DNA from: a virus
Taxonomy: Duplodnaviria; Caudoviricetes
Direction: 5' to 3' (one strand)
Length of the DNA: 42,862 nucleotides
IMG/VR virus record: IMGVR_UViG_3300010376_000064
Coordinates: 1 to 42,862 of that record
A model generated the notes under the pieces. It was not told the origin of the DNA, did not search any database, and was given only the letters and a program-made list of their open reading frames with translations. The translations under genes and the position numbers were made by a program. Within the stretch, counting starts at the first letter, position 1. Each line of letters starts with the position of its first letter. Positions 1 through 8,228 of the stretch are shown one piece after another.

Positions 1-124
1 ATCTTCCTGTTTTCTTGTTTTCTTATTACAGACAAAAGGTCGGCCCGCCGCAGTAAAAGCTGTGATGGCTGCAGCGGGTCATTTGGAGTGGAGAGCCTGC
101 ACCTTGCAAAACAATGTTCTTACC

Positions 125-442
125 TCATTTTAGCTTCCGGGTATGACAGGGACATACACACCCCAGGCTGTGGCATTGACAGTGACGCCCTTTTAAACAA
201 GGAACAGAAGCCCAGTACGGCAGATGACGTGATGGTCTCGGACCTGTTCTTCGTGATTTTTTTGGCTTAGGATCAGCCCCGGGAAGACAACTCACGCGGC
301 CAATAGGCGCAGCCACCCACCGCTCTTTGTGAAAGGAGAAGCACATGCTGCCACGACCTTCTTCTTTACACTGTTCTCCGATCTCAGCGCCACAGCGAGG
401 ACATCTTACCTTCGCCGCATCCTGCCGCATGATCATCGTCAT
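125..442 (-). CDS. Small Cys/His zinc-finger protein
   Basis: CPRCGAxxGxxC...FHKER motif plus C-terminal CxxxxHxxCxxxxCxCxCH; GGAG RBS upstream on the - strand. Confidence 0.65.
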   Translation of the reverse strand: MTMIMRQDAAKVRCPRCGAEIGEQCKEEGRGSMCFSFHKERWVAAPIGRVSCLPGADPKPKKSRRTGPRPSRHLPYWASVPCLKGRHCQCHSLGCVCPCHTRKLK

Positions 443-838
443 TATTTACTCCGTTGATTCAGCAGTTTAACGAATAGTTGCCAAATCACTGAGGCGTGGA
501 TATTCTTTTCCCTATTCAGGGTTGCTCCTGATGTTGGCTGCCTCGAAGTCTCCCAGACTAAGAGATTGGCGACAGGGGTGGTAGAAGGGGTATCGCCCCT
601 ACCCTTCTACCGTCCCGCCGTTCCTCTCTTTTTCTTGGGTTAAACCCTAATAAAGACCCGAGACTCTCCCAACCAAAAACGGCAAAGGAACACCCACAGG
701 GCGGCTCCTGTGGCGCAGGGGCGAGTAGATCTTCCCGCTCTCAGAGACTCTACCCGCCAAAACAATTTGCACGTTTAATCGCGTAACCTTTCGCGCCTCC
801 AATCCCCCGCGAAATACGTCGCGGGAGAGGTACGTCTT

Positions 839-1546
839 ATGAGCAATTTGCTGCAAGGCTTTATTTATGAGATAGGTCCGACAGATGCCACGCAATGTGA
901 CGTTTTGTTGGCACTGGCGAGCCACTGCAACGAGGATGGCGAGAGTTGCTTCCCGTCTATCGCCCGACTCGCGAAGTTAACGCGTAGGTCTGAGCGCACC
1001 GTCATCCGAACGCTGCAAGCCCTGGTTAACGCCGAGGAGAAGTGGATTCTTTCCATCAGCCAGCGAACGCACAAATCCGCCGATCCAAAAGCTAAGAAAT
1101 ACGGATCGAATGAGTATCTGATTAACGCGAAAAGACTTAGAGAGCTTTACATCCAGTCCCAGACGCCGAAAAAACCACATGCCACGGTGTCAGGTGATTC
1201 GGCAAAACCACATGACACGGTGTCAGGTGATTCCCCAAACCACATGACATTGACGCCCAAACCACATGACATTGACGACACGCATTTAATTAATAGTCAT
1301 AAGAACACCCCTAAAAACATAAAGGACTTTTTTGGGAAGAGAGAAGGCGAACAGACCCCTCCTCCCAGAACCCCAAACCAAGCTGGAGTGTGGAACGGTG
1401 TCCCCACGCCGGATACATTTCCGCATGATCCCCGAGCACAGGCGATTCAGGATCGAGTGACCAGTAGGAATCCAGACGTGAGCTTCAGCGACTTGTGTTA
1501 CCTGCAAGAAGCCCAACAAAGCGTACTCAGGGGAATGGTGAATTGA
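839..1546 (+). CDS. Phage replication initiator (N-terminal winged HTH, lambda O-like organisation)
   Basis: VLLALASHCNEDGESCFPSIARLAKLTRRSERTVIRTLQAL matches the HTH_36-type initiator N-terminus; internal DNA repeats; directly upstream of dnaB. Confidence 0.85.
   Translation: MSNLLQGFIYEIGPTDATQCDVLLALASHCNEDGESCFPSIARLAKLTRRSERTVIRTLQALVNAEEKWILSISQRTHKSADPKAKKYGSNEYLINAKRLRELYIQSQTPKKPHATVSGDSAKPHDTVSGDSPNHMTLTPKPHDIDDTHLINSHKNTPKNIKDFFGKREGEQTPPPRTPNQAGVWNGVPTPDTFPHDPRAQAIQDRVTSRNPDVSFSDLCYLQEAQQSVLRGMVN
1171..1302. repeat. Iteron cluster plus AT-rich tract: candidate replication origin
   Basis: AAACCACATG(A/C)CA core four times (about 1172, 1205, 1237, 1259). The first two units are 30-bp near-identical; the second holds the palindrome TGACAC-G-GTGTCA. 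Followed by ATTTAATTAATAGTCATAA. Confidence 0.8.
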
Positions 1547-1549
1547 ACC

Positions 1550-2929
1550 ATGCCAACTGACCCCTTCGAGCGAGGCCTTCCAGCCTCCGTTGACGCGGAG
1601 CGTTCGATACTGGGCGCGATCCTGCTGGACAACCACGCGTTCAACGAGGCGGCCGAGAAACTGCGACCAGCAGACTTTTCGCTTGATTCGCACCAGCGGA
1701 TTTTTGCGCGATGTGGCGAGCTGATGGATGCCAACCGTGCCATCGACATCGTCACGCTGGCCGAGGAGCTGTCGAAGCGCAAGGAGGTGCAGAGCATTGG
1801 CGGCGTGGCATACCTGGCGTCGTTGACCGAAGGCCTGCCGAGGCGGCTTTCCATCGAAGAGTACGTGCGGATCGTGAAGGACAAATCGCTGCAGCGCCAA
1901 CTCATCACCGCATTGACGCTGGGGATCACACGGGCGGCTGATCAGAGCGAAGAGGCAGCGGAGGTTCTGAGTGCGACCGAAGCTGACATCCTTGCGATCA
2001 GCGAGCAGGGGATCACGCGAGGGTTCCAGAGCATCGCAGAGATAGTGCAGGAATCCTTCGGGACCATCGACAACCTGTACAGCCGAGGTGGCTCTGAAGT
2101 CACCGGACTGCGAACGTACTTCAACGACTTCGACGTGATGACGTGCGGGTTGCAGAAGCAGGAGCTGATCATCCTCGCGGCGCGACCGTCCATGGGCAAA
2201 ACTGCGCTCGCCTTGGATATCGCACGTCAAGCTGCAGTGATGGGCGGAAAGGTCGTTGCCATCTTCTCGCTCGAGATGAGCAGCGAGTCTCTCGTGCGCC
2301 GGCTGCTCTCAGCCGAAGCGCACATCGACTCACAATTGCTGGCCAAGGGATTTCTCCCCGGGGCGGCATATGGGCAGTTGAACGACGCATTGTCGCGGCT
2401 TCTGGAAGCCAGCCTGAAGATCGACGACACGGCACACATCACGCTGACCGAGATGCGAGCGAAGGCTCGCCGACTGAAGCACACACTGGGCGCTCTGGAT
2501 CTGATCGTTGTCGACTACCTGCAGCTCATGTCATCGGGCCAGAAGAACCCTGAGAATCGCACGCAGGAAGTCTCTGCGATCTCGCGTGGGTTGAAAGCGC
2601 TGGCCAAGGAGATGGAGGTGCCAGTCCTAGCGCTATCGCAACTCTCCCGGGCATCAGAGCAGCGTGGAGGCGACAAGAAGCCACTGCTGTCCGATCTGCG
2701 CGAGTCTGGATCGATTGAGCAGGACGCGGACGTCGTCACGTTTATCCACCGGGATAGCTACTACAACCGCGACGAAGAGGTTGTGAACCCAGATGGAGAC
2801 GTCGCCGAGCTGATCATCGCCAAGCAGCGCAATGGTCCCACTGGAACGGTGAAGCTTACATACCTGCCGAAATGCACTAGCTTTTTAGAACTGAATCGAA
2901 CCGATTACGAGGGCTACGATGGACAGTGA
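1550..2929 (+). CDS. dnaB: Replicative DNA helicase DnaB
   Basis: Full-length DnaB: AERSILGAILLD N-domain, Walker A ARPSMGKT, FSLEM, IVVDYLQLM, LSQLSR, SDLRESGSIEQDAD, IIAKQRNGPTG. Confidence 0.98.
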   Translation: MPTDPFERGLPASVDAERSILGAILLDNHAFNEAAEKLRPADFSLDSHQRIFARCGELMDANRAIDIVTLAEELSKRKEVQSIGGVAYLASLTEGLPRRLSIEEYVRIVKDKSLQRQLITALTLGITRAADQSEEAAEVLSATEADILAISEQGITRGFQSIAEIVQESFGTIDNLYSRGGSEVTGLRTYFNDFDVMTCGLQKQELIILAARPSMGKTALALDIARQAAVMGGKVVAIFSLEMSSESLVRRLLSAEAHIDSQLLAKGFLPGAAYGQLNDALSRLLEASLKIDDTAHITLTEMRAKARRLKHTLGALDLIVVDYLQLMSSGQKNPENRTQEVSAISRGLKALAKEMEVPVLALSQLSRASEQRGGDKKPLLSDLRESGSIEQDADVVTFIHRDSYYNRDEEVVNPDGDVAELIIAKQRNGPTGTVKLTYLPKCTSFLELNRTDYEGYDGQ

Positions 2930-3152
2930 CCGTGCAATTTATCCGAACCTCAAGCTGCGAATTTACACCAGCGGAATCCGGCAGAATCGCCTTGCGAAGA
3001 TGATCGGCATTGACGAAGCGCACCTGAGCAGGATCATCAATGGATTTCGTGAGCCGACTACAGGGATTCGCGAGCAGATTGCGGTGATTTTGCAGAGCGA
3101 TCCTGAATGGCTGTTTTACAAAATGCAAATTTCTTCAAATTCAGAAAGGTAA
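2919..3152 (+). CDS. XRE-family helix-turn-helix regulator
   Basis: IRQNRLAKMIGIDEAHLSRIINGFREP...IAVIL...EWLF is a typical XRE HTH; overlaps the dnaB stop. Confidence 0.85.
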   Translation: MDSDRAIYPNLKLRIYTSGIRQNRLAKMIGIDEAHLSRIINGFREPTTGIREQIAVILQSDPEWLFYKMQISSNSER

Positions 3153-3163
3153 AAAAAAGCGAA

Positions 3164-3484
3164 ATGAAAATTAACAGATCCGATCTGTACCGCTATCAGC
3201 AGCCGATTTACAAACAGGTGTTTGCCAAACTGGATGAGCTAATCGCGTTGATTGGCTTAGACGGGAGTGAATCAGCTACGGAGGTTTTTGTCTATCGTCT
3301 GCTCGAAGGGGCAAGCGATGCTGACACCGCAATCGAACGGTCACATCGCGAAGGGTTATGTCTCGATTGTCGCGGCCACATTGCCGATGCAATTCTGGAT
3401 TCTGAAACTTTTCCCCATCTGGTTCCGCAAAAAGATCCAGTAAACGGAAACCTTTTCATACCGAAGCGGGTGCAAGTGAAATGA
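3164..3484 (+). CDS. Hypothetical protein
   Basis: In-frame ATG at 3164 after the XRE stop; ATGA coupling to the next gene; CxxC motif. Confidence 0.6.
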   Translation: MKINRSDLYRYQQPIYKQVFAKLDELIALIGLDGSESATEVFVYRLLEGASDADTAIERSHREGLCLDCRGHIADAILDSETFPHLVPQKDPVNGNLFIPKRVQVK

Positions 3485-3687
3485 GAATGAGACGTGAGAG
3501 GCGACCGATGCTGACCAAGAGGCCCCCACAACAAAAACGCGCACGCAGTCAGGCAGCATTGTTACGCTCTTGGCCGATGTGCGCCGTAGAAGGCTGCAAA
3601 TACCGGACGTTTTGCGGCGGCGGTTCGATTTACTGCTTTAAACACTCGCTGGAACATGGCGAAAAAATCATCGAAGGGCAAGCATGA
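3481..3687 (+). CDS. Small basic Cys/His protein
   Basis: ATGA overlaps on both sides; CAVEGC...YCFKH motif. Confidence 0.6.
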   Translation: MRMRRERRPMLTKRPPQQKRARSQAALLRSWPMCAVEGCKYRTFCGGGSIYCFKHSLEHGEKIIEGQA

Positions 3688-4151
3688 GGGACAGCAGACG
3701 CAGTTTCAATCCGCGCAAGAGGCCCGATCCCAGTCCCGGTGGCTATGCGCGGCGGCGCATCCTTCCCGGCAACGCAGTCGTCGCCGCGATCATGCAGTGC
3801 TCCCAGGTTCACGGGCAGCCCTGCTATCGCATGCAGTCGCGGCAGTTTGAAGTCGAAGGGCAGGACGAACGAAAGAGGCCTTTCTTTGTGGGTCAATGGA
3901 CGGATCGCTTCGGCACAGTGATCATGGGCGGGATGGCGGACTGCCTCTGCACGCCGACCATCGAGCTGGGCGGATATCGCGTGCAGCTGGCGCTCTGGAT
4001 CGAAGCCAAGAGCGGCGGCGGCGTGCTCACGAAGAAGCAGCAGCTATTCAGGGACAACGTGCTGGCCACAGGTGGCGAATGGCTGCTGTGCCGCGACAGC
4101 GCCGAGGAGCTGCTGCGCTGGTTCAGCGAGCACAGGCTGGTGCGCCCATGA
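3684..4151 (+). CDS. VRR-NUC-like PD-(D/E)XK nuclease (resolvase-like)
   Basis: GMAD...WIEAKSGGGVLTKKQQLFRDNV...GGEWLLCRDS follows the VRR-NUC pattern. Confidence 0.8.
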   Translation: MRDSRRSFNPRKRPDPSPGGYARRRILPGNAVVAAIMQCSQVHGQPCYRMQSRQFEVEGQDERKRPFFVGQWTDRFGTVIMGGMADCLCTPTIELGGYRVQLALWIEAKSGGGVLTKKQQLFRDNVLATGGEWLLCRDSAEELLRWFSEHRLVRP

Positions 4152-4456
4152 TTCGCCTCAACCCAAAAGCAAACTGGAAACAGGTGCGCGTGCCAATGGC
4201 AGGCAACTGGTACAGGTGGGGCGAAGTGACAGCAGGCGTGACGAAAGATCCCGGGGGCTGGCATGTCAGCGTTTCGCACCCGCGCCGCTATCCAAGCTGG
4301 GATGAGATTTACACGGCATGGTACGACCTGGTGCCCGGGGCAGGATCGGAGTTTGAAGGTGTGATCCTGTTGCCGCGCAAAACGGATTACGTCAACCTGC
4401 ATCCGAATTGTTTTCACGTTCACCAGTTGCGCGACACGGAGGTGGTGTGCCCATGA
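4148..4456 (+). CDS. Conserved phage hypothetical protein
   Basis: ATGA-coupled start at 4148. The WHVSVSH..RYPSWDEI...LPRKTDYVNLHPNCFH pattern is one I recognise from phage proteins of unknown function. Confidence 0.75.
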   Translation: MIRLNPKANWKQVRVPMAGNWYRWGEVTAGVTKDPGGWHVSVSHPRRYPSWDEIYTAWYDLVPGAGSEFEGVILLPRKTDYVNLHPNCFHVHQLRDTEVVCP

Positions 4457-4698
4457 TCGAATTCTTAGAAACACTCAACATCGAAATGAGCGAAGAGACA
4501 CGCGACTGCAGCAGAGCTAACGCCGAAGTGCTGGACGAGGCGCTGAGGCAGATCGATCAAAGCCGGGAGGTACAATTCTACGTCGCCTTGGTAGCATGCA
4601 TGATGCTCTCCCTTCCACCCGAGATATTCGCAAGTGGGGTGCGCACAGCGCTGACGGCCCTCCCTCAGGTTCAAATTCAGATGAAGGGGGATAGCTAA
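4453..4698 (+). CDS. Hypothetical protein
   Basis: GGAGG RBS and ATGA coupling. Confidence 0.6.
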   Translation: MIEFLETLNIEMSEETRDCSRANAEVLDEALRQIDQSREVQFYVALVACMMLSLPPEIFASGVRTALTALPQVQIQMKGDS

Positions 4699-4895
4699 TG
4701 GCAAGGTGTGACGTGGAAAGAAATCTTTTTGGACGTTGGATTCTGACCAATCCCTACGAACCAGCGATGGCTTGGACGGGAAACCGTTGGGTGAAAATCG
4801 ATCAGTACGGTTTCGGCATTGACGTCCAAGTCTCCAATTTCGCAACTCGCGAAGAGGCGGAAGCCTATGCTTGGGAGATAGGCTTCTCTGACTAA
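4698..4895 (+). CDS. Hypothetical protein
   Basis: TAATG coupling; Trp-rich; FATREEAEAYA motif. Confidence 0.65.
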   Translation: MARCDVERNLFGRWILTNPYEPAMAWTGNRWVKIDQYGFGIDVQVSNFATREEAEAYAWEIGFSD

Positions 4896-4919
4896 ACGAA
4901 AAAAACGAAAGGAAAAACC

Positions 4920-5015
4920 ATGTTTGAAGCTCTCGCGTTCATCGTGGCGCTGTTGTCTGGCGCATCTACGCTATCCGGCGCATCGACGCACCCGACAGGA
5001 AGTGTAGGCGGATAA
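4920..5015 (+). CDS. 31-aa hydrophobic peptide (MFEALAFIVALLSGASTLSGASTHPTGSVGG)
   Basis: Not in the ORF track. AAAGGA RBS upstream; last ORF of the replication operon. Confidence 0.45.
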   Translation: MFEALAFIVALLSGASTLSGASTHPTGSVGG

Positions 5016-5094
5016 AAAATTGTTTAGCCCTGAGATTTGCGGGATACTGCTGGCCGCTCTGGTTGAGCTATGCAGAAAAAGAAAGCCCCGCCTT

Positions 5095-5135
5095 AAAAAA
5101 AATCCCCCCGGGTCCAGTCTCCAAACCCGGGGGGA
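5095..5135 (-). terminator. Intrinsic terminator-like hairpin
   Basis: Perfect 11-bp stem TCCCCCCGGGT(5103-5113)/ACCCGGGGGGA(5125-5135) preceded by an A8 tract, which gives a U tract on the - strand. Confidence 0.6.
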
Positions 5136-5178
5136 ATGACGAATTGAAAAGTGTGATGTATCAGACGGTACACCCCTC

Positions 5179-5207
5179 TTGACTTCCTGATCAACAAAGT
5201 CCATTCT
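5179..5207 (+). promoter_or_regulatory. Candidate sigma70-type promoter for the late/structural region
   Basis: TTGACT-17 nt-CATTCT upstream of the first structural-region gene. Confidence 0.35.
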
Positions 5208-5248
5208 CGCAACTGAGGGACGGCAAACCTTCTCGCAGAGGTGTGCCG

Positions 5249-5845
5249 ATGCCGTCCAATCGAAATGTTGCGGTAGTCCCGCAAGGCCCGTCCGTTGGCG
5301 GTCAACCCGCCACTGTCATCCCCATCAATACCAAAGCCGTCAATGCAGCGGTGCTGCCCTGCACCTTCCCGTGTACGGCTGCCGCCGAAGCCATCCTTGC
5401 CAATCCCGCTGTGCCCGGGTCAGCGCTGTGTCTCGCGATTCCGAGCAAGAGCATGATGGAAGGAACGCCGTTCCAGGTCTTGATCAGCGGCGTCTACAAC
5501 CAGCAGGTAGCTTCCGGCACGATGGGGTTCTCGCTCTACATGGGCAGCTCGCTGACGCCCGGGAGCAACACCCTGATCAAAGCAGTCGCACCTGTCACGT
5601 TCACCGGAACCGCGCCGTTTTTCATCCGCGCCGAGCTTATCGGCGATTCGGTCTGCGGCAAGATCGTGGGCACGGTGAAAAGCCTGGTCAACCTCACCAT
5701 CGGAGCCGAAGCCGCGATTGCGGCGGCGCTGGCGGTGCCGAACTGGGCGAATGACCCTGTGGTGCAGTTTGTGCTCAGTTGCACGCCCTCTGGCGCGAAC
5801 GCGCAGAACTACGTGCGCCTGTACGAGTTTGCCGCCAACTACTGA
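5249..5845 (+). CDS. Hypothetical beta-rich protein, possibly virion decoration
   Basis: GAGGTG RBS before ATG 5249; Ala/Val/Thr/Pro-rich beta-strand pattern. Confidence 0.65.
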   Translation: MPSNRNVAVVPQGPSVGGQPATVIPINTKAVNAAVLPCTFPCTAAAEAILANPAVPGSALCLAIPSKSMMEGTPFQVLISGVYNQQVASGTMGFSLYMGSSLTPGSNTLIKAVAPVTFTGTAPFFIRAELIGDSVCGKIVGTVKSLVNLTIGAEAAIAAALAVPNWANDPVVQFVLSCTPSGANAQNYVRLYEFAANY

Positions 5846-5911
5846 AAAGCGTTTTTGACCGCCCCCCTTCATCCCAAAACGGGGGAAGGGCGGGGGGCGT
5901 TGTCGAGAGCT

Positions 5912-5958
5912 GGAGGATGGTGGTGGCAACGGTCACGAGCCTCCATCCTCCTCTTTTT
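5912..5958 (+). terminator. Hairpin plus T tract, candidate terminator
   Basis: GGAGGATGG...CCATCCTCC followed by TCTTTTT; a second GC-rich hairpin lies just upstream (about 5857-5905). Confidence 0.4.
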
Positions 5959-5972
5959 CCCGAGGAGGGCAT

Positions 5973-6275
5973 ATGGCGGAAGACAAGGAAAAAGGCAAGA
6001 AGTCCGAGCACAAGGGCAAGAAGAAGCTCAAGGGTGTAACGCACCATCTGGCCGAGGATGGCGGTGTCGTTCACGAGCATCACTACGAGGACGGCACGTC
6101 GACCTATGGCGGCTACAGTCCCACGCTCGAGGACGTCCACAGCCATATCGACGATCACCTTGGTCCCGAGATGGCCAGCACTGCGCCAGCGCAGGAGCCG
6201 GAAGGCGACGAAGGGCCCGGTGGCGGCGGCGGCGCTGCTCCACCGCAGGCTGGCGGACCCCCGGCAGCGGCATGA
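5973..6275 (+). CDS. Small His-rich protein upstream of terL
   Basis: GAGGAGG RBS; Lys-rich N-terminus, HH/HEHH/HSHIDDH motifs, Pro/Gly tail; ATGA coupling to terL. Confidence 0.75.
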   Translation: MAEDKEKGKKSEHKGKKKLKGVTHHLAEDGGVVHEHHYEDGTSTYGGYSPTLEDVHSHIDDHLGPEMASTAPAQEPEGDEGPGGGGGAAPPQAGGPPAAA

Positions 6276-8032
6276 CCAAGAGCATCTATCCGCGACCCGC
6301 AGACGCGCACAAGACCAGACCTGTCGCGCCGAAGCACACCAGCTACGGCACGATCTATCCGGCGCAGATAGCGGAAGACAAAGAGTACGGGGATGAGCTG
6401 CGTCACCGCTTCGAGACCGATCACTTCTTCGCGGCCGAGATGCTGGGCTTCGACAAGTTCATCCCTGAACTCCACAAACCTGCGGTCGATCTCTACTTCG
6501 CGAAAAACAAGCATGTGAGCATCGAGGAGCAGAGTGCGGTGAAGTACTTTCTGCACCTGGATCCAAGACACACATTCAAGTCAACCCTTGGCAAGGTCGA
6601 CACCACACAGTGGGTGGCTGCGTTCCCTGAATTGATCACGATTCTGTTTGAGTCAGCCACGCAGCCGCTCGCGGAGGCGTTGTCGCTCTCTGTGGCGAAG
6701 TTCTTCTGGCTGCGCCCGGGTACGTCGCCCACCATCCTGCAATCGCTCTATCCGCACATTGTCACGTCTTCGCGGCCCGATGCGATCTGGGACACGCCCA
6801 CGCACTCGATCATCGAGATGGATCACACTCTCGACTACACCTCGCCAAAAACCACGCAGAGCGGCTGGCATCCGTGGATCGTTGCGCCGGACGATTTAGT
6901 CGACCAAATTAACAGTGGGATTCACGCTGAACAGAAGGCTCGCCAGACGGTTATCGACACATACTACATCAATAAAAACCTGCTGCGCCATGGCGGCTAC
7001 ATCTTCATCCGAGGTACTCGATACCATCCCTTCGATCTCTACGGGTCCGTGATCGAGCAGGTCGCGAAGAGCCCCGACAGCTGGCGGGTGCTAATTCGCG
7101 GATCGCTGACGGTGATCAGCGGCGAGCCTCTGATGCCCGGGATCTTTCCCGCTGAAGACGAAGTCATCCTGCATTTTCCGCAACTGCTGCCCTACAAGAT
7201 TCTGCGCGAAAAGTTCTATGAGAACTACGAAGCGTTCATGACCCAGCAGATGAACGATCCGCGTGGCGGGTCGATCTCGACCTTCGGCGACAAGCTCTAT
7301 TCCTCTGTGCTGATCGAGCCGGAACGCATACCGCCCATGGGCGAGACCATGATCTGCTGGCGTCTCCCCTATGGCGGCAAAGAGTACATGAGCCAGTACG
7401 CCGAGGGTGCCGTGGCCCGGGTCTGGAACGGGCGCGTGTATGTGCTCGACGCATGGCAGGGAATCCTCACGCCCTCCGGTCTCGCGGAAAAGATCATCCG
7501 CGAGCAGAAGCACTATGAGACGCCGACGCTGCTGCTCGAGGCTATCCCCGGCACTGAGTACATGGAGTCCCACATCAAGAACGAAGCGATCCGGCGCAAC
7601 GTGACGGTGAAGATCAACTGGTACGAATTCGAGGAAGACGACAACGTGCGCGTGCAGCGCCTGCGCCAATTGGAACCGCAGATGCAGAGCGGCAGGATTC
7701 TGATCTCGATGGGCGTGAGCAAGTCCGCAGAGATTCGCCGCCAGTTCGTCCACTTCGCGCTGGTCGACGAGAACGGCATCGTGGACTGCATCAGCCGTCT
7801 CGCGGCCAAGCTGCCCGTCTCGCTGCTTCGCAAGGAGATCAGCGAGGAAGAGATCGAGCTGCAGAATCGCCGCAGGCAGGATCTGATGTTCCGCCAAGTC
7901 TTCGGCATGCCCGGTGTCAAGGCCACGCTTGAGCAGATGGAGCGTGAGCGGCAGGCCAAGATGGCCACGCTGCAATCGCTCAACCGCGCAAACGATTTCG
8001 GATTGCCCTGGCTGTATGGGCTGGATGGATAA
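6272..8032 (+). CDS. terL: Terminase large subunit (ATPase motifs intact, nuclease motifs degenerate)
   Basis: Walker A-like DPRHTFKST, SGWHPWIVAPDD Walker B, GTRYHxxDLYG coupling motif, QQMNDP, C-terminal RNase H-like pattern (VYVLD, LLLE, RLRQLEP..GRI). ATGA-coupled start at 6272. Confidence 0.88.
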   Translation: MTKSIYPRPADAHKTRPVAPKHTSYGTIYPAQIAEDKEYGDELRHRFETDHFFAAEMLGFDKFIPELHKPAVDLYFAKNKHVSIEEQSAVKYFLHLDPRHTFKSTLGKVDTTQWVAAFPELITILFESATQPLAEALSLSVAKFFWLRPGTSPTILQSLYPHIVTSSRPDAIWDTPTHSIIEMDHTLDYTSPKTTQSGWHPWIVAPDDLVDQINSGIHAEQKARQTVIDTYYINKNLLRHGGYIFIRGTRYHPFDLYGSVIEQVAKSPDSWRVLIRGSLTVISGEPLMPGIFPAEDEVILHFPQLLPYKILREKFYENYEAFMTQQMNDPRGGSISTFGDKLYSSVLIEPERIPPMGETMICWRLPYGGKEYMSQYAEGAVARVWNGRVYVLDAWQGILTPSGLAEKIIREQKHYETPTLLLEAIPGTEYMESHIKNEAIRRNVTVKINWYEFEEDDNVRVQRLRQLEPQMQSGRILISMGVSKSAEIRRQFVHFALVDENGIVDCISRLAAKLPVSLLRKEISEEEIELQNRRRQDLMFRQVFGMPGVKATLEQMERERQAKMATLQSLNRANDFGLPWLYGLDG

Positions 8033-8043
8033 ACGGAGGAGTC

Positions 8044-8199
8044 ATGCCAGCGATAGTCGCTTTGATTGTTTGCATTCTGGGTCTGGTGGTCTATGCCATC
8101 AGCACCAACGCAAAAGCTCAGAACCTCGCCTCCGACTGCTTCTGGGTGGGACTGCTGGCTTTCCTCCTGCTGTGGGGAGGTCATCTCCCGATTAAGTAA
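8044..8199 (+). CDS. 51-aa two-TM membrane protein (holin-like candidate)
   Basis: Not in the ORF track. GGAGGAG RBS; MPAIVALIVCILGLVVYAISTNAKAQNLASDCFWVGLLAFLLLWGGHLPIK. Confidence 0.7.
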   Translation: MPAIVALIVCILGLVVYAISTNAKAQNLASDCFWVGLLAFLLLWGGHLPIK

Positions 8200-8228
8200 C
8201 TGTGCTTGTTACGATTTGAGCTCAAACG

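Noticed and set aside
1171-1277. Mini CRISPR array
   Set aside because: The repeats abut with only about 3 nt between them, have no unique spacers, and lie within a coding initiator gene.
5855-6271. N-terminal 139 aa of the 725-aa terL ORF
   Set aside because: Arg-rich shadow translation overlapping hairpins and the RBS-supported 5973-6275 gene; the coupled ATG at 6272 is the better start.
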